A DNA stretch of 64,000 nucleotides from Lingula anatina (Eukaryota; Animalia; Brachiopoda). The notes below the pieces were generated by a model. That model was not told the DNA's origin. It searched no databases and saw only the letters and a list, made by a program, of their open reading frames with translations. The translations under genes and the position numbers were made by a program. This document shows positions 1 through 13,670 of the stretch, piece by piece (position 1 is the stretch's first letter; the number at the start of each line of letters is the position of its first letter). The stretch is from assembly GCA_051362555.1 (NCBI GenBank), contig CM120641.1:30076401-30140400 (forward strand), read 5' to 3'.

Positions 1-270
1 AGCAAATTGTGGTTAACAGTATATATAAATTGTTCTGCCTAGGTATGTGTAACACACTCATAAATGCTTGACCAAACTTAAACTTTCATAAATTTAAAAC
101 ACAACACAGCTTCAGTATTTTATAGTTTAACTAAGACCCTTAAGACAGTTTATTGTTAGCAAAATGGATATATATGTTTTCAAGGGTCCAACCTTGACAC
201 ATTTTTTGTTGACTTTTTTGTTGGTTATCAAATGCTGAACTAAAGTGTAGGCATAATTATAATTTGGCAG

Positions 271-439
271 CTGTGCAGGTAGTCGAGTTTTCAAGACCAG
301 AGTCATGGCAGGCAGAGCCCTGAGACCTCTGGTTTTTAAAGACCAGCTTGGATCAGTTCTTGCTCAGCTCACAGGATATTTGCCAAAAGACCAGCAGCAG
401 AGACATTCTCAGAACTTGACACACGGAATCTTACTTCAG
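271..439 (+). CDS. THADA: THADA exon (CAGSRVFKTRVMAGRALRP...QNLTHGILLQ)
   Basis: Acceptor ttggcag|c, donor cag|gtgagt; overlaps ORF 305..508. Confidence 0.85.
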
Positions 440-3320
440 GTGAGTTTGTTTCTGAGAAATGTTCTTTATTTTATTCAAGTATTCATTATAATTTCTAATT
501 TACTATAGATTTTGATATTAACATTTATGGTAATTACTCAATCTTTTCAATGGGGAAAATTGCTAATTTTACAGAGACTGCATTTTTTTAGTCATAATTT
601 CTTAAAATTAGAATATCCCTTTTGAGTGGTAGCAACATAATTAAAAAGCAGACTTCTCTGTATTTTTATTCTATGCAGTAAAAGCAACACAAATGTTATA
701 GAAATATAATCTCTATGATCATTAAATTATGTATCTAAAAGTTTGATATTTTTATGTACAGACACAGATGTGTCTGTACATATAGCCATCACCTGCGTCT
801 GTCGTCACCGTGCACTTTTACTGATAACACGATAAGCGGAAAACTGTTTTTATGTACAGACACAGATGTGTCTGTACATATAACCATCACCTGCGTCTGT
901 CATCGCTGTGCACTTTTACCGATAACACGATAAGCGGAAAACTGTTTCATGTACAGACACAGATGTGTCTGTACATATAGCCATCACCTGCATCTGTCGT
1001 CGCCGTCGCCGTCGTCGCGTGCACTTTTACCGATAACACGATAAGTGGAAAACCATTTTTTCTTTTGGCTTGAAACTTACGTAACTGATGAATATTCATA
1101 AAACGCAGGTCAAGTTTGAAAATCAGCATGATCAGGCCTATTTTGGGGAAGTTATGCTGTTTTTTCACTTTTTTCAGCATTTGTGTAGCACCGATAACAC
1201 AATAAGTGGAAAACCGTTTTACCTTTTGGCTTGAAACTTACAGAACTGATGAATATTCATAATACGCAGGTCAAGTTCGAAAATCAGCATGATAGGAACA
1301 ATTTTATTTGGAAGTTATGCAGTTTTTTCACTTTTTTCAGCATTTATGCAACACCTATAACACAATGTTTGAAAAACCGTTTTACCTTGTAGCTTGAAAC
1401 TTACAGAACTGATAAATATTCATAACACGCAGGTCAAGTTCGAAAATCAGCATGATAGGAACAATTTTATGGAAGTTATGCAGTTTTTTCACTTTTTTCA
1501 GCATATATGAAACCCTGATGACACGATAAGTGAAAAACCGCTTTACCTTTTTGGCTTGAAACTTACAGAACTGATGAATGTCTATAATACACAAGTCAAG
1601 TTTGAAAATTGGCATGATCAGGGCATTTTTATAAAAGTTTTGTTGTTTTTTCACTTTTTTTCAGCATATATGCAACACCTATAACACATTTTAAGAAAAA
1701 TCAATTGGCCAATTGTCTTGAAATTCATAGTAGTGATCAGTGTTACTGAAATACAGATTAAGTTTTGAAATAAGCTTGATCAGTAAAGGTTTGGTGAAGT
1801 TATACCTTTTTTTTTGTATAAGTGTTTTTTCCTCAAATTTAATCCTCAAGCATGTTAACAGTCTCATTTTTGAACTAATTAGATATGTTAAGTTGTTCTT
1901 TTGACATTTTCTGCATCTTAACAACATTGTTAGTTGATAATATAAAAATGATGGTAAACCTGATATTGTGTATTGTGTAATAAGTGTCAAAAATGAAAAA
2001 AAAAAACCTCATATCTTTACAGTTTGTCAGATTCAACCATTCACTATGTTCAGAATCTCAGAATGGAGCAAGTTGGACATTTATAATTGTTCTATTGATT
2101 TTTTTGCTTTGACATCATATTTTTTGATTGAACATATAAAAATGACAGTAAATTGATTATTTTGCTTTATGTAAAAAAGGTGTTGAAAATGGAAATAAAC
2201 TCTTTCAATACAGTTTTCTCTTGTTTACATTTTGGGATTTTCAAAGTATGACTCTGAACTCTATGGGCTAGTCACATTTTCTGAATATCCATGATAGTTT
2301 TATTTTATCATTAAAAACTGATGGTTATTATGCTGTTAAGCATTGTGTAATATTGCATCAAAATTGAACAAAACCCTATTTTGGGCACTGCCTCCGTAGT
2401 GACCGTGAAAGGAAAACGATGTCACTTGCTCTTTTCACACTCAAAGGAAAGAAACATAGGACTGAAATACAGCTTCAGTTGGAAAATCTGTCTCATTAGT
2501 TAATTTTCTGGAAGTTGTAGAGTTTTTTGTGAAAATTTTTATCTTTCACATACTGGAATTTTCAATGTGGGACTCAGAGCTCCCTTTGGCATGAAGCCCA
2601 GTGGTAATCAAAATTTTTTTAAAGTCCATGTTTTTAATAGTAGATATTTAAAAATTGGTGGTATTTATACAGTTAATCATTATGTAATGTTGCATCAAAA
2701 TTGACAAAAAACCTACTTTGTGCACTGCCACCATTAACGTTATGGAAAGAAAACTTACTTTTATTTTTTCAACTAGTCTTACAAGAATGATTCTTAGGAT
2801 TGACATACAGCTCATATTAGAAAACCAGCTCTATTGGATTATCATTTGTATTAAATTTATGCATTTTTTGTGAATTTTTCATTTTTCTCATTCTGGCACT
2901 TTCCAAGTATAAACTTGAACTCCGATGGGCCTGAAGCCTTATGCTTTTACTTTCGTTGGTGTTACCTGTTGTGCATAATTAAATTTTGATGTTGACTGTG
3001 CAGTTAAACATAATGTATTATTGCATCAGAATTGGTAGTCTTCTATTTTGTGCATTATTGTTTTGTGCTTTTCTTAAGGTGTGACTTATGGGCCTGAAGA
3101 CCTTTGAGAGTGTCAGTCTGTAAATTTCCCTTGGGTATCACTAGGCTAAGTTTAGAGTTATAAAGTCATTTGCCTAATTAATAGGCCATTAAATGAGATT
3201 ACATAAAGCACACTTATTGATATTTCCCTGTAAACTCCCAAAGGTTAAGCTCTCTACTAGATTTATAATAAGGAAGCAGTGATAATTATGCAGGTAAATT
3301 TTGTTTAATATTGAAAATTA

Positions 3321-3391
<71 letters not shown>

Positions 3392-6300
3392 CTCAACGAT
3401 TAAAAGTTTGAATAGCAGCTTCATTGGAATAATATTTACCTCTGCCAAGGAGGTTATGTTTTCACCCCTGTTTGTCTGTCATCAACATAACTCAAAAAGT
3501 TATGGACTGATTTTGATGAAATTTTCAGGAACTGTCAGAAGTGCGTCAAGCAGGACAATGATTAGTTTTTGGTGGTGGTCCGGATCAATAATCAATCAAT
3601 AATCAATAACAATAAAAAAATTGCTGCCTTGGCAGAGGTCTGTGCTCTCGGGGTGCTTTTCTAGTTTTGTTATGTTTTCCTTTTTAATTTTTTCTCAAAC
3701 ACTGGCATTTGTGACTTTTAACTCCCATCCGCCTGCGGCTCTGCACATTTTCTGTATTTCCACATAAGCAGTTGTATTGGTTTTTATGTCTTTAAACATT
3801 ATGTAATATTATTTTATGTACTGTCATCATTTTTCAAATATTGGGACTTTCATCATGTGAATTTGAACTCTCATGGTCCTGAAACTGTAATCTTATTGAA
3901 GGAGTGGATTGAGACCATCTTCTGGGTCTTCCGGAAGACGGTCAGGTTTTTAAGTTTATATTGACCGGTATCTATTTTTTTTTCTGTTGGAAGACCATCA
4001 AAATGGAGGATGGATCAACATAGATACTTTGGAATACTGTCAGAAAATATCTCTGGGTCTGCTCCTGTTATTGACCATGTTACCTGTTGTGCATGATTAA
4101 AATTCAGTGTTGACTGACAGTGCTATTATAAGCATTATTTATTATTGCATCAAAATTGACAAAATGACCTATTTTGCATCTTTATTTTCTTTTTTTTTTT
4201 TTTTTTTTGTCTGTACATTTGACAGCTTTGCTGCCTTGTTTACCCATTGAAAAGATCGATAAATTACGATAGATGATAAATCTCAGCACTGATTTTTCAA
4301 ATATGAAGGTGATAGTTTTATTGGTAAAAAAGGGAGGGAGGGTTATTGTACCACCAGCGTTAGCGCTGGCGGTACACATGGTTTCGGTCTCGTCCGGATC
4401 GTTCCGCCGGCTCCGCCGGCTCCGCCGGACGGCTACCGTTACCGCTTCTCCTCCTAGACGGTAAGGCCCCCCATACCCATCTCATGGATTTAGGTCACCT
4501 ATAATCTCAACTCGTTCCACGTAAAATTTGGGCTTTGTCGGTATTGGGGTCTGGGTGTGGCACTCATTGCAATGCACCCTTGTCCAAAAATGGCAAAATT
4601 AAATGCTAATTATCTACCCTACGGAAGGAGTTACGGGAAAAATTTCTACAGACGGCTTTCCAAAAGTCATATGTGTAGATTTCAAATATACCCTCGGATT
4701 TGACCTTTGACCTTTACTTCAAGGTCAAATGGGCCAAAATTTTCAAAAAAATGAAATTTTTTACGAAAAAAAAATTTTTTGCCCTGTTATTCAGACACCA
4801 CACAGACTTAACCAATAATATTATTGGAAAGTGTTACCCTTCAGGTCATCTTTCATCTCCGTGAATTTGGGGTCAATCGGTGCATTTTCACAGGAGTAGC
4901 GGCCATAAGATACCGAAACTGAAAACTGTCTCTAATTCGGGAACCGTTAATGCTAGAGACCCATTCTTTTTTGCATTTTGTAGAGCATGTAAAGCCCAAC
5001 ACTGGAGGTGGTCTCGGTTTTTTTGTATTCCATACGGTTTTCGAGTTACGCTGTATCAAAAAGTACATATTGGTGGTGAAAGGAAAATGTACGGAAGCCC
5101 ACTGGTGCCATATGTAGAAAAAAAAATTATCTCGAAATTTCGAGATACTATTTTGAAATTTGAACCAAAAAATTTACCACCAGCGTTAGCGCTGGCGGTA
5201 CACATGGTTTCGGTCCCGTCCGGTCCGTTCCGCCGGCTCCGCCGCCATGTTACCGTTACCGCTTCTCCTCCTAGACGGTAAGGGCCCCCGTACCCATCTC
5301 ATGGATTTAGGTCACCTATAATCTCAACTCGTTCCACGTAAAATTTGGGCTTTGTCGGTATTGGGGTCTGGGTGTGGCACTCATTGCAATGCACCCTTGT
5401 CTAAAAATGGCAAAATTAAATGCTAATTATCTACCCTACAGAAGGAGTTACGGGAAAAATTTCTATAGACGGCTTTCCAAAAGTCATATGTGTAGATTTC
5501 AAATATACCCTCGGATTTGACCTTTGACCTTTACTTCAAGGTCAAATGGGTCAAAATTTTCAAAAAAATGAAATTTTTTACGAAAAAAAATTTTTTTGCC
5601 CTGTTATTCAGACGCCACACAGACTTAACCAATAATATTATTGGAAAGTGTTACCCTTCAGGTCATCTTTCATCTCCGTGAATTTGGGGTCAATCGGTGC
5701 ATTTTCACAGGAGTAGCGGCCATAAGATACCGAAACTGAAAACTGTCTCTAATTCGGGAACCGTTAATGCTAGAGACCCATTCTTTTTTGCATTTTGTAG
5801 AGCATGTAAAGCCCAACACTGGAGGTGGTCTCGGTTTTTTTGTATTCCATACGGTTTTCGAGTTACGCTGTATCAGAAAGTACATATTGGTGGTGAAAGG
5901 AAAATGTACGGAAGCCGACTGGTGCCATATGTAGAAAAAAAAATTATCTCGAAATTTCGAGATACTATTTTGAAATTTGAACAAAAAAAATTTTTATCTC
6001 GAAATTTCGAGATAGCATTTTGAAATTTGAACAAAAAAAAAATTATCTCGAAATTTCGAGATAGCATTTTGATATTTGAGCAAAAAAATTTATCTCGAAA
6101 TTTCGAGATAGTATTTTGAAATTTGAACAAAAAAAATGCTATCTCGAAATTTCGAGATAATTTTTTTTTTCAACATATGGCACCAGTCGGCTTCCGTAAA
6201 AATGTGCAGTACGGTAATGGATAATAAATTTTGAACTCCGGAAAAATAAAACATAATGCTTGGCAAAGCAGACAACTTGTGGTCAAAAATGACATTATTT

Positions 6301-9300
6301 TATCAAATTTAAACTTCTGCAACTTCAGAGAACCTCCCATTTCAAGAACTTTGACCAAAATGACCTTTTCTTTATTTTAATTAATTTTTTCTGTAGGAAA
6401 TTTATGGCACATTATGGTAACTCCAAAATTATAACATTTAGTCCCTTATATCTCCAAAACTGGCAGAGATAGGTCCATAGTTACTATTGAAGTTGAATAG
6501 GAAGTCATATACTGGCAATCTTACTGTGACCTTGACATTGACCTTTGACCTACTTTTCACCATGAACTGAACTTTGCAAATTTTGCTTCCCTTTTATCTC
6601 CAAAACTGGCAGAGATAGGTCCATAGTTACTATTGAAGTTGAATAGGAAGTCATATACTGGCAATCTTACTGTGACCTTGAAATTGACCTTTGACCTACT
6701 TATCACCATGAACTGAACTTTGCAAATTTTGCTTCCCTTTTATCTCCAAAACTGGCAGAGATAGGTCCATAGTTACTATTGAACTTGAATAGGAAGTCAT
6801 ATACTGGCAATTTTACTGTGACCTTGAAATTGACCTTTGACCTACTTTTCACCTTGAACTGAACTTTGCAAAATTTGCTTCCCTTTTATCTCCAAAACTG
6901 GCAGAGATAGGTCCATAGTTACTATTGAACTTGCATAGGAAGTCATATACTGGCAATTTTACTGTGACCTTGAAATTGACCTTTGACCTTCTTTTCACCA
7001 TGAACTGAACTTTGCAAATTTTGCTTCCCTTTTATCTCCAAAACTGGCAGAGATAGGTCCATAGTTACTATTGAAGTTGAATAGGAAGTCATATACTGGC
7101 AATCTAAATGTGACCTTGAAATTGACCTTTGACCTACTTTTCACCATGAACTGAACTTTGCAAATTTTGCTTCCCTTTTATCTCCAAAACTGGCAGAGAT
7201 AGGTCCATAGTTACTATTGAAGTTGAATAGGAAGTCATATACTGGCAATCTTACTGTGACCTTGAAATTGACCTTTGACCTACTTTTCACCATGAACTGA
7301 ACTTTGCAAATTTTGCTTCCCTTTTATCTCCAAAACTGGCAGAGATAGGTCCATAGTTACTATTGAAGTTGGATAGGAAGTCATATACTGGCAATTTACT
7401 GTGACCTTGAAATTGACCTTTGACCTACCTTACAATGAACTTAACTTTGATTGCACCATTTTTAGTTATATATATTTTTTGCATATTTTGAAAATTCTTG
7501 TTGATTGCATTTTTACAGCTTGTCAAGCACAAGACTGGTGGCTGCACCCCTTATTTTGTGTATGTGGGGGTCTATACGAATGCGCTTGCTCCAGCTGGTG
7601 GTACAATATTCGGAGGCGGTATCGCCTCTCTGATCCTCTAGTTTCTCTTCTCTTTTCTACAATAAATATTGTTTTATTTTCTTACACTTTCGTAGTTGCA
7701 CAGTAGCTAAAGGGTACCACGTCCTTTAAGATTTTGAGTTTAGTTTTTTGTATTATACTAAATGGTAAACTACAATTAATATACGTGCAAATATCATATT
7801 TCAAATAGGTTGAACATTTACTGAAAGAACTAAGTAACCTGCCTTCTAGCATTGTGCAGGAAGCATTAGATGTCACAGTGACTGGGATTATGGAGGCAAA
7901 GTGGCTTATCTTCAGGTAAGGAATTACAGGAGTGACTCAATCTTTTAATCAAAGGTCATATGTTGATTTAAACATTTTTATCAACCCAAAATAATTTTGA
8001 TACATAAAAAATGCTTGACCCTCATGTACCAATATGTTTTTCTGGGGAAATTTAATTTTGCAAATATATGAAGTTTGTTGTAGGCCAGGTTGTTATTGCA
8101 CTAACTGGCCTTAAAGGTAATACTATTTTTGTTATCTGAAACTCAGTATTGATATTACTTTATTTTAGGGAGAATAGATGTCCAGTTACAAGGGCAGCAT
8201 ACTTTCATGTTGCTCAAGCAATGCTACAGTCAAGCCAGAGAGCAGAGGTGGACAAGCTTCATATTCTGGTGGACCATCTCGCCAAGGTTGTGTTCACGGA
8301 GCTTTCAAGCCAACACCCCTCAGGTTACATCTCTCCTGGATCCGTAGAGGTTAATGTTGCCATGGCCAACTTGAGTATTAACTGTGATGAAGTGTGGAAC
8401 AAACTGAAAGAGCTCCTAAACATAGACGATGGGACCCTACTTGCATTTTTTCTTGAGTCTCCGTTCTATGAAGTTCGTTTACTTGTTCTTCAGCACTTGA
8501 CTTTGCTTATGTCTACCCCAGTCAGTAAATCCTCAAAATTGGAGGAAAGCAATAGGCTTTTTCAGAAGTTGATTTCCATGGCAACAGGATTGGAACACCA
8601 CCAAGGGTGTTTAGCTCAGGTATGCACAAACACTGATCTGTTGATCTGTTGAAATTTGAAAAATGATAAAATAAGATCTTAAAAGTCAGCTGGCAGTTAA
8701 GTCCAAACATTTTCTAGCATTGTGCAAAATTTGATAAAAGCATGAAAAACTTTCTGCAATGAATGATCATCGGGTATTTGCCAATTTTGGATAGGGAGGC
8801 CATTCTGAAATTTATCAGTAACCAGATAAGTGGCTTTGTTTAATATGCTGACTCTGCATTTTTATGTACATCCAGATTTCACCAAAATGTGCACTACCAA
8901 TGCTTACGCTAATTATATCTTTAATAAATTTAAGAAACATGCACGCACTGTTCATATCTATGAGGACTACAATGATGCCATAGTAACGTCAGTGGGTGAT
9001 ATTACTCAATACAAAGTGACAAATATCTACTCACTCCCATAGGCCCAATAGTTGCACCCTGCAATCTTCTTTCCTGTAAACATTTATTACAGAAATGCAT
9101 CCCTTAGGGCTAGAAAAGAAAAGTTAGTTTGGTTGCTACTTAGGAGCATTTTTCAATATGGCTGTCAATTTTTGAGGGAAAATAGAAATACAACCAGAAA
9201 TACTTTATTTGTGGCTCTTGTTAATGTATTTTCTCTCAGTGGAACATGGTAGGGTACTTGACTACATCCTAGCACATCACTATTATTGAAAAATCAAAAG

Positions 9301-12300
9301 TGGAAATGTAGGCAAATATTTTACCTGATATTTTCATTTGTACAGTTATTATACTAAATCTGCAATCAGTAGTAATTTGTTTTAATGGAGCCATCTTAAA
9401 AGTCAGGTTGCTTAATAAATAAATTTTTAAAACTGAATATCCAGACAGTGCTAGTTTGACAGGGATTCAAAAAGGTACCTAATAAGATATAAAACCTGAT
9501 GAGCACATTGTGGACCCTCGAATAGGAATGTTATTGGTTAATATGCAGAACAACATTAATTTGGTGATCGTTAATCTTATGATATCGATCTGGATGGTAG
9601 ATAAGTATAGCTGGGGACATCACAAATCAAAATGGTTACAGAAAAGATAATGAAAGGATAGGATTCTTCAGACTTTGTGCAAAATTGGAGCTTGAGAAAG
9701 ACAGAAAAAGTAGTTTATTCTGATGATAAAAGTTTTCTGTATCATCTGTACATATATATGTATTTTTGACATCCCACCCCCATTTGTTCTTAAAGAGATA
9801 AATTTGTTTGATAATTTTATGGATATAATGATCATTTTTGTCTTAATAATATTCAGGTTTTCTTAGTTCTGGTTCACCATCCTTGTGCCAAGCAATTTCC
9901 ATGGAAACTTTCCAGTGGCCTTTGGCAGTCCAGTCGGGTAGCTAAATCCCATATTTAATTTAACTAATCTAAAAGTTTTTTTATTATTATATTTAAAAAA
10001 ATGTTGATTCTTCTCGAAATTGATAAAAAATAAATTACAAAGCCCTAATCTTACATATACAGTTGTACAGTAATAACTCATATTCTAGTGGTTTTTTTAA
10101 ATTTATTTTAAAACACGCCTAAAATCAATATCCTTTGTTTGCAGGTGCAAGACCTCCTGATCAAAGTCCAAAAGACTTCCTCCAGGTAGGTTTACTTCTC
10201 TTGTAAATTATTTGGCTGGTGTTTGCATCATATATTTTATGTATTTAATTTACAAGAAAGAATGAAAACAATGTTGAGTATTATATCAAGTTTGCAGATG
10301 GTTTTCTCATTAAGAACATTGCCAGTGTTCAATGAACTGTTGTTCTCAGTTGAAAACAATCGAGTTAAGAGGTGTGGTGGGAGGCTGGGCTAAAACCATG
10401 TTTTGAGGGTTTTGTATGTTTATGATAATCAAAAACATATATTTCACATGGCATGAAATAATACTTTTGAGTCTAGACCAAAATATGTGTCTTTTGATGA
10501 GTTTTTCATCCTGCATGTACTGCCGGCAGACTCACTACTAAGCCATGCCAATGTTAATTGTCAAGGGTGGTTGTTATGAGGGAGCGAAGCTAAGTTAAGG
10601 ATTTGGGAGCACTGTTCCAGGAAAGTGTTGCTTCCTTCCACCATAGTAAATCTTTAACTGTTCCCTTATCTAACATGAGTACATCATCCCAGCCTTCCTG
10701 TGTGGCTAGTAGATGATAAGTATTTCTTACCAATAGTTTACCAGGTAAGATTGCTTTAGTCATAGCAACACAGGTACCTGCAATCTTTGCAAATCTACGT
10801 GCAGTTAGATGTTGTGTCTCTACTGCATGCTTTATAAGTCGACGGAGATTTCTTGTACGGGTGCAGGGAACTTTTATAATAGGAACCCCCTCTTTCATCT
10901 TTGTAATTATTCGATATCCTATATATTCCACTGAATAACAGGGCTGTAATGAACACTTGTCCCAATTAATTTTCCAACCGAAGTTTTGTAATACTTAAAT
11001 GTCACAATGTTTTTGTGTTCCTGAATGACATCTGTCTAAAATCTTTATGGATTGGTACATGAAAAAAACATCTTTAATGTCCAGAGTTACCAACTCATCA
11101 TTAGCCTGTATAATGTTCTTGACAATATTAATATCCTCGATGACAAACTTTGGAGGCTTGTACGACTCAGTGAGTTTGTGCAAGTCTACATTTTCCTTTC
11201 TTTTTAGGTATACAGTATATAGGAGATACGCAGTGTGGTTTTTCATCACATAGAGACACATACCCCAATTTAAATAGTGAACTGATTTCTGTAGTTAAAA
11301 AGACATGTGCTTGTTCAGTTATTGGCCTATTTGGCAACTCATATTGTTCTGGGGTACCTTGAAATTTTATCTTAAGGCCTTCAAGTATGATTGACTGTAA
11401 AAAGTCAGATGCACCAGTCTTAATCCAATAATCAATATTCTCGGAAAGTGAAGTCATTCTAGTCACCTGGGGCTACTGTGCATAATCCAGGTCAGACTGG
11501 TCATTTGCTTGATTGACAGGTTTTACAAATCTGTTATAGTAATTGCCCTGCCTCTACCGCCACGGTAAGGGTAGCCTCTTCCAATACCACGCTGTTTGTA
11601 CTGGTAATTGTCTCTGGAGTCGGTAGCTTTATTTATTTCAACTGCCATTTTGAGTCTATCACATACCTCGGGTGTGAAGGTAGATGTATTTTTTCCTAAA
11701 TTTCGAAACCACTTAGCAATGCCATCTGGTCATTGGCTTTGCACCAGCAGAGTGGCATATTCTTCCTGCAGATATTTCACGTGAGCGACTGAATCATTAG
11801 AATATTCCCCAATTCTTCTTCTGTTGAAGTGAGGCTCCTTGTTTCCTCCGGTGAGTCCATGGATGCTAGGAGTTTCATTGTTGTTTCCACAGACGAGCGC
11901 TTTTAGCTATGATGTTATAAGCTGTGAGTTATGATTTCTTTATCCCTTGTTGGGTTTCTTTTAATTTTAGTTCGTCTGGAAGACGTACCTTCTATAGGGA
12001 GTCCTTTAATGTCAGGAACTTTCCCTGTAGCTCCTCACCAAGAGCACCGTTGAATATACTGGTGGGCCTCGGTCCAGTGACGCAAACCCAGGTGGTTGCT
12101 CAATGCCTGCAGTTGTGGAGACCTCTGAGGCTTCTAAACATTTTAATCTTTCTTCTGTTTGTACCAGAACGTTGTGTATATTCGCTGTTTCACCACTGGA
12201 TTAGAACCACAAGCCATCTCATACAAAATTCAATGTTTTCTCCCCTTTTTTTTCCGCGCCAAATGCGCTGACCTTTCTGAGATTGCTTAGCACCAGACAA

Positions 12301-13634
12301 GATGTCGCTTACTGCATGTAAAAACTAAAATTCTTAACTACAATTATCTCCCTGACATTTGCAGATGATTAGGGGAAAATAATATGAAACTACTGTGTTA
12401 GATTTTCAATAAAAAATACTTGAAGAAAAAGAAAAAAATATACACAATAAAATGAAAAAATTTATTGGACTTTTAAAAAAAACATATTGAAGGGACTACA
12501 TGTTTTTGTATACATAAATTACTATCATTCCTATAGTTAGCAGTCGTAGAAATGCAGCTGTAAGTATTTGCTTTCAAAAATGTAAATGTCAATATTAGGT
12601 TTTGTTGAGGAAATCAGTTGTTATTATTGAATTTGTGAGATAATCCCCTTTTCCGCAGGCACTGATGCTAACATGTACCCTGTACAGTATGTGTTAAACT
12701 GATATTGGTCACCTGTTTTGATGTCTAGTTTTTGTTGTTTTCCAGGGATGAGGTGAGAAGTGCAGCTTGCAGACTGATAGGAGTCATTCTGCCATTGCTG
12801 TACAACCAGCTGGAGCAGGTAAAGAGTACATTTTTGGCAAATATTAAAACATCTTTTAATTTAACTTTTTAATGGGGTTTACCAGCCCGCTTGGCACCAG
12901 GTGGCACTGGTGCCAATTCAGTCCTATGCTGGCAATAGTCGACATTTTGAAAACTTACACGTGGGGCTGTTGGTACTTTTCATACTAAACAGGCCTCAGT
13001 ATGATTGTGTACCTGAATGTTAAAGTGGACTAGGTGGACATCAGTTTAATTTCCTAAGGATTCAGGCTCTGTTTAAAGTAAAGGTGGCTGTAAATCATGT
13101 ATGCACAAAGACAAAATGCCTGTGGAATCCTGGTCGGCACAGTGTTTTCTATGTTCTACTTATTGGCAAGAGGATGTGGCATGTTAATCTATCAAGCTGA
13201 TTGCAATTGGCAAGAACCCCTGCAGGGTTGGGTCGATCCAAGTAGACCTATGTGTCTATGGGAATGGGGCCTAGATCATTCCATGTGAAATACTACATTT
13301 GTACATTGTACTACACACTGCTGTGATATTTCATTAAGATCAAAATAACTTTGCCAGTAATAATTATTACTACAATCAAGCTACAAAATCTATCTTATCT
13401 AAATTTTTTGTAATGATTGCAGGACCAGTTTGAAGAGGATCTGCTTATAGATTCCCTCAGCATTATCAAGGCCAGCTGTGATTCAGAACAGAATGTTTCT
13501 GTGAGAGAGGCCTGTGCTATGGTCCTGGCTCAACCAGAGATGACAAGTATTTTGAGGGATGAGAATCGTGTTTTAGGTAGATTGTCATTGCACTTGAAAT
13601 AAACACTGTCATGCACACACACACACATCAACAC

Positions 13635-13670
<36 letters not shown>

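Larger units (their letters stand above)
4346..7641 (+). mobile_element. HINE/Helentron-like element, family B, carrying the 146-bp satellite; 5' ~0.82 kb tandemly duplicated
   Basis: 5' TTGTACCACCAGC hairpin; subterminal inverted GCTGGTGGTACAA (7594-7606); 3' hairpin GAGGCG-GTAT-CGCCTC; CTAG|TT end; second head starts at ~5175 (817-bp offset); paralog at 17197-21540. Confidence 0.8.

Noticed and set aside
4273-6358. Repeated ORFs (MHFHRSSGHK..., MYFLIQRNSK...) as a gene family
   Set aside because: They lie in duplicated non-autonomous element sequence, differ in frame between copies and show no domain motifs.
8830-9720. Additional THADA exons
   Set aside because: I found no phase-compatible open exon with good splice sites and THADA-like sequence; the model closes without them.
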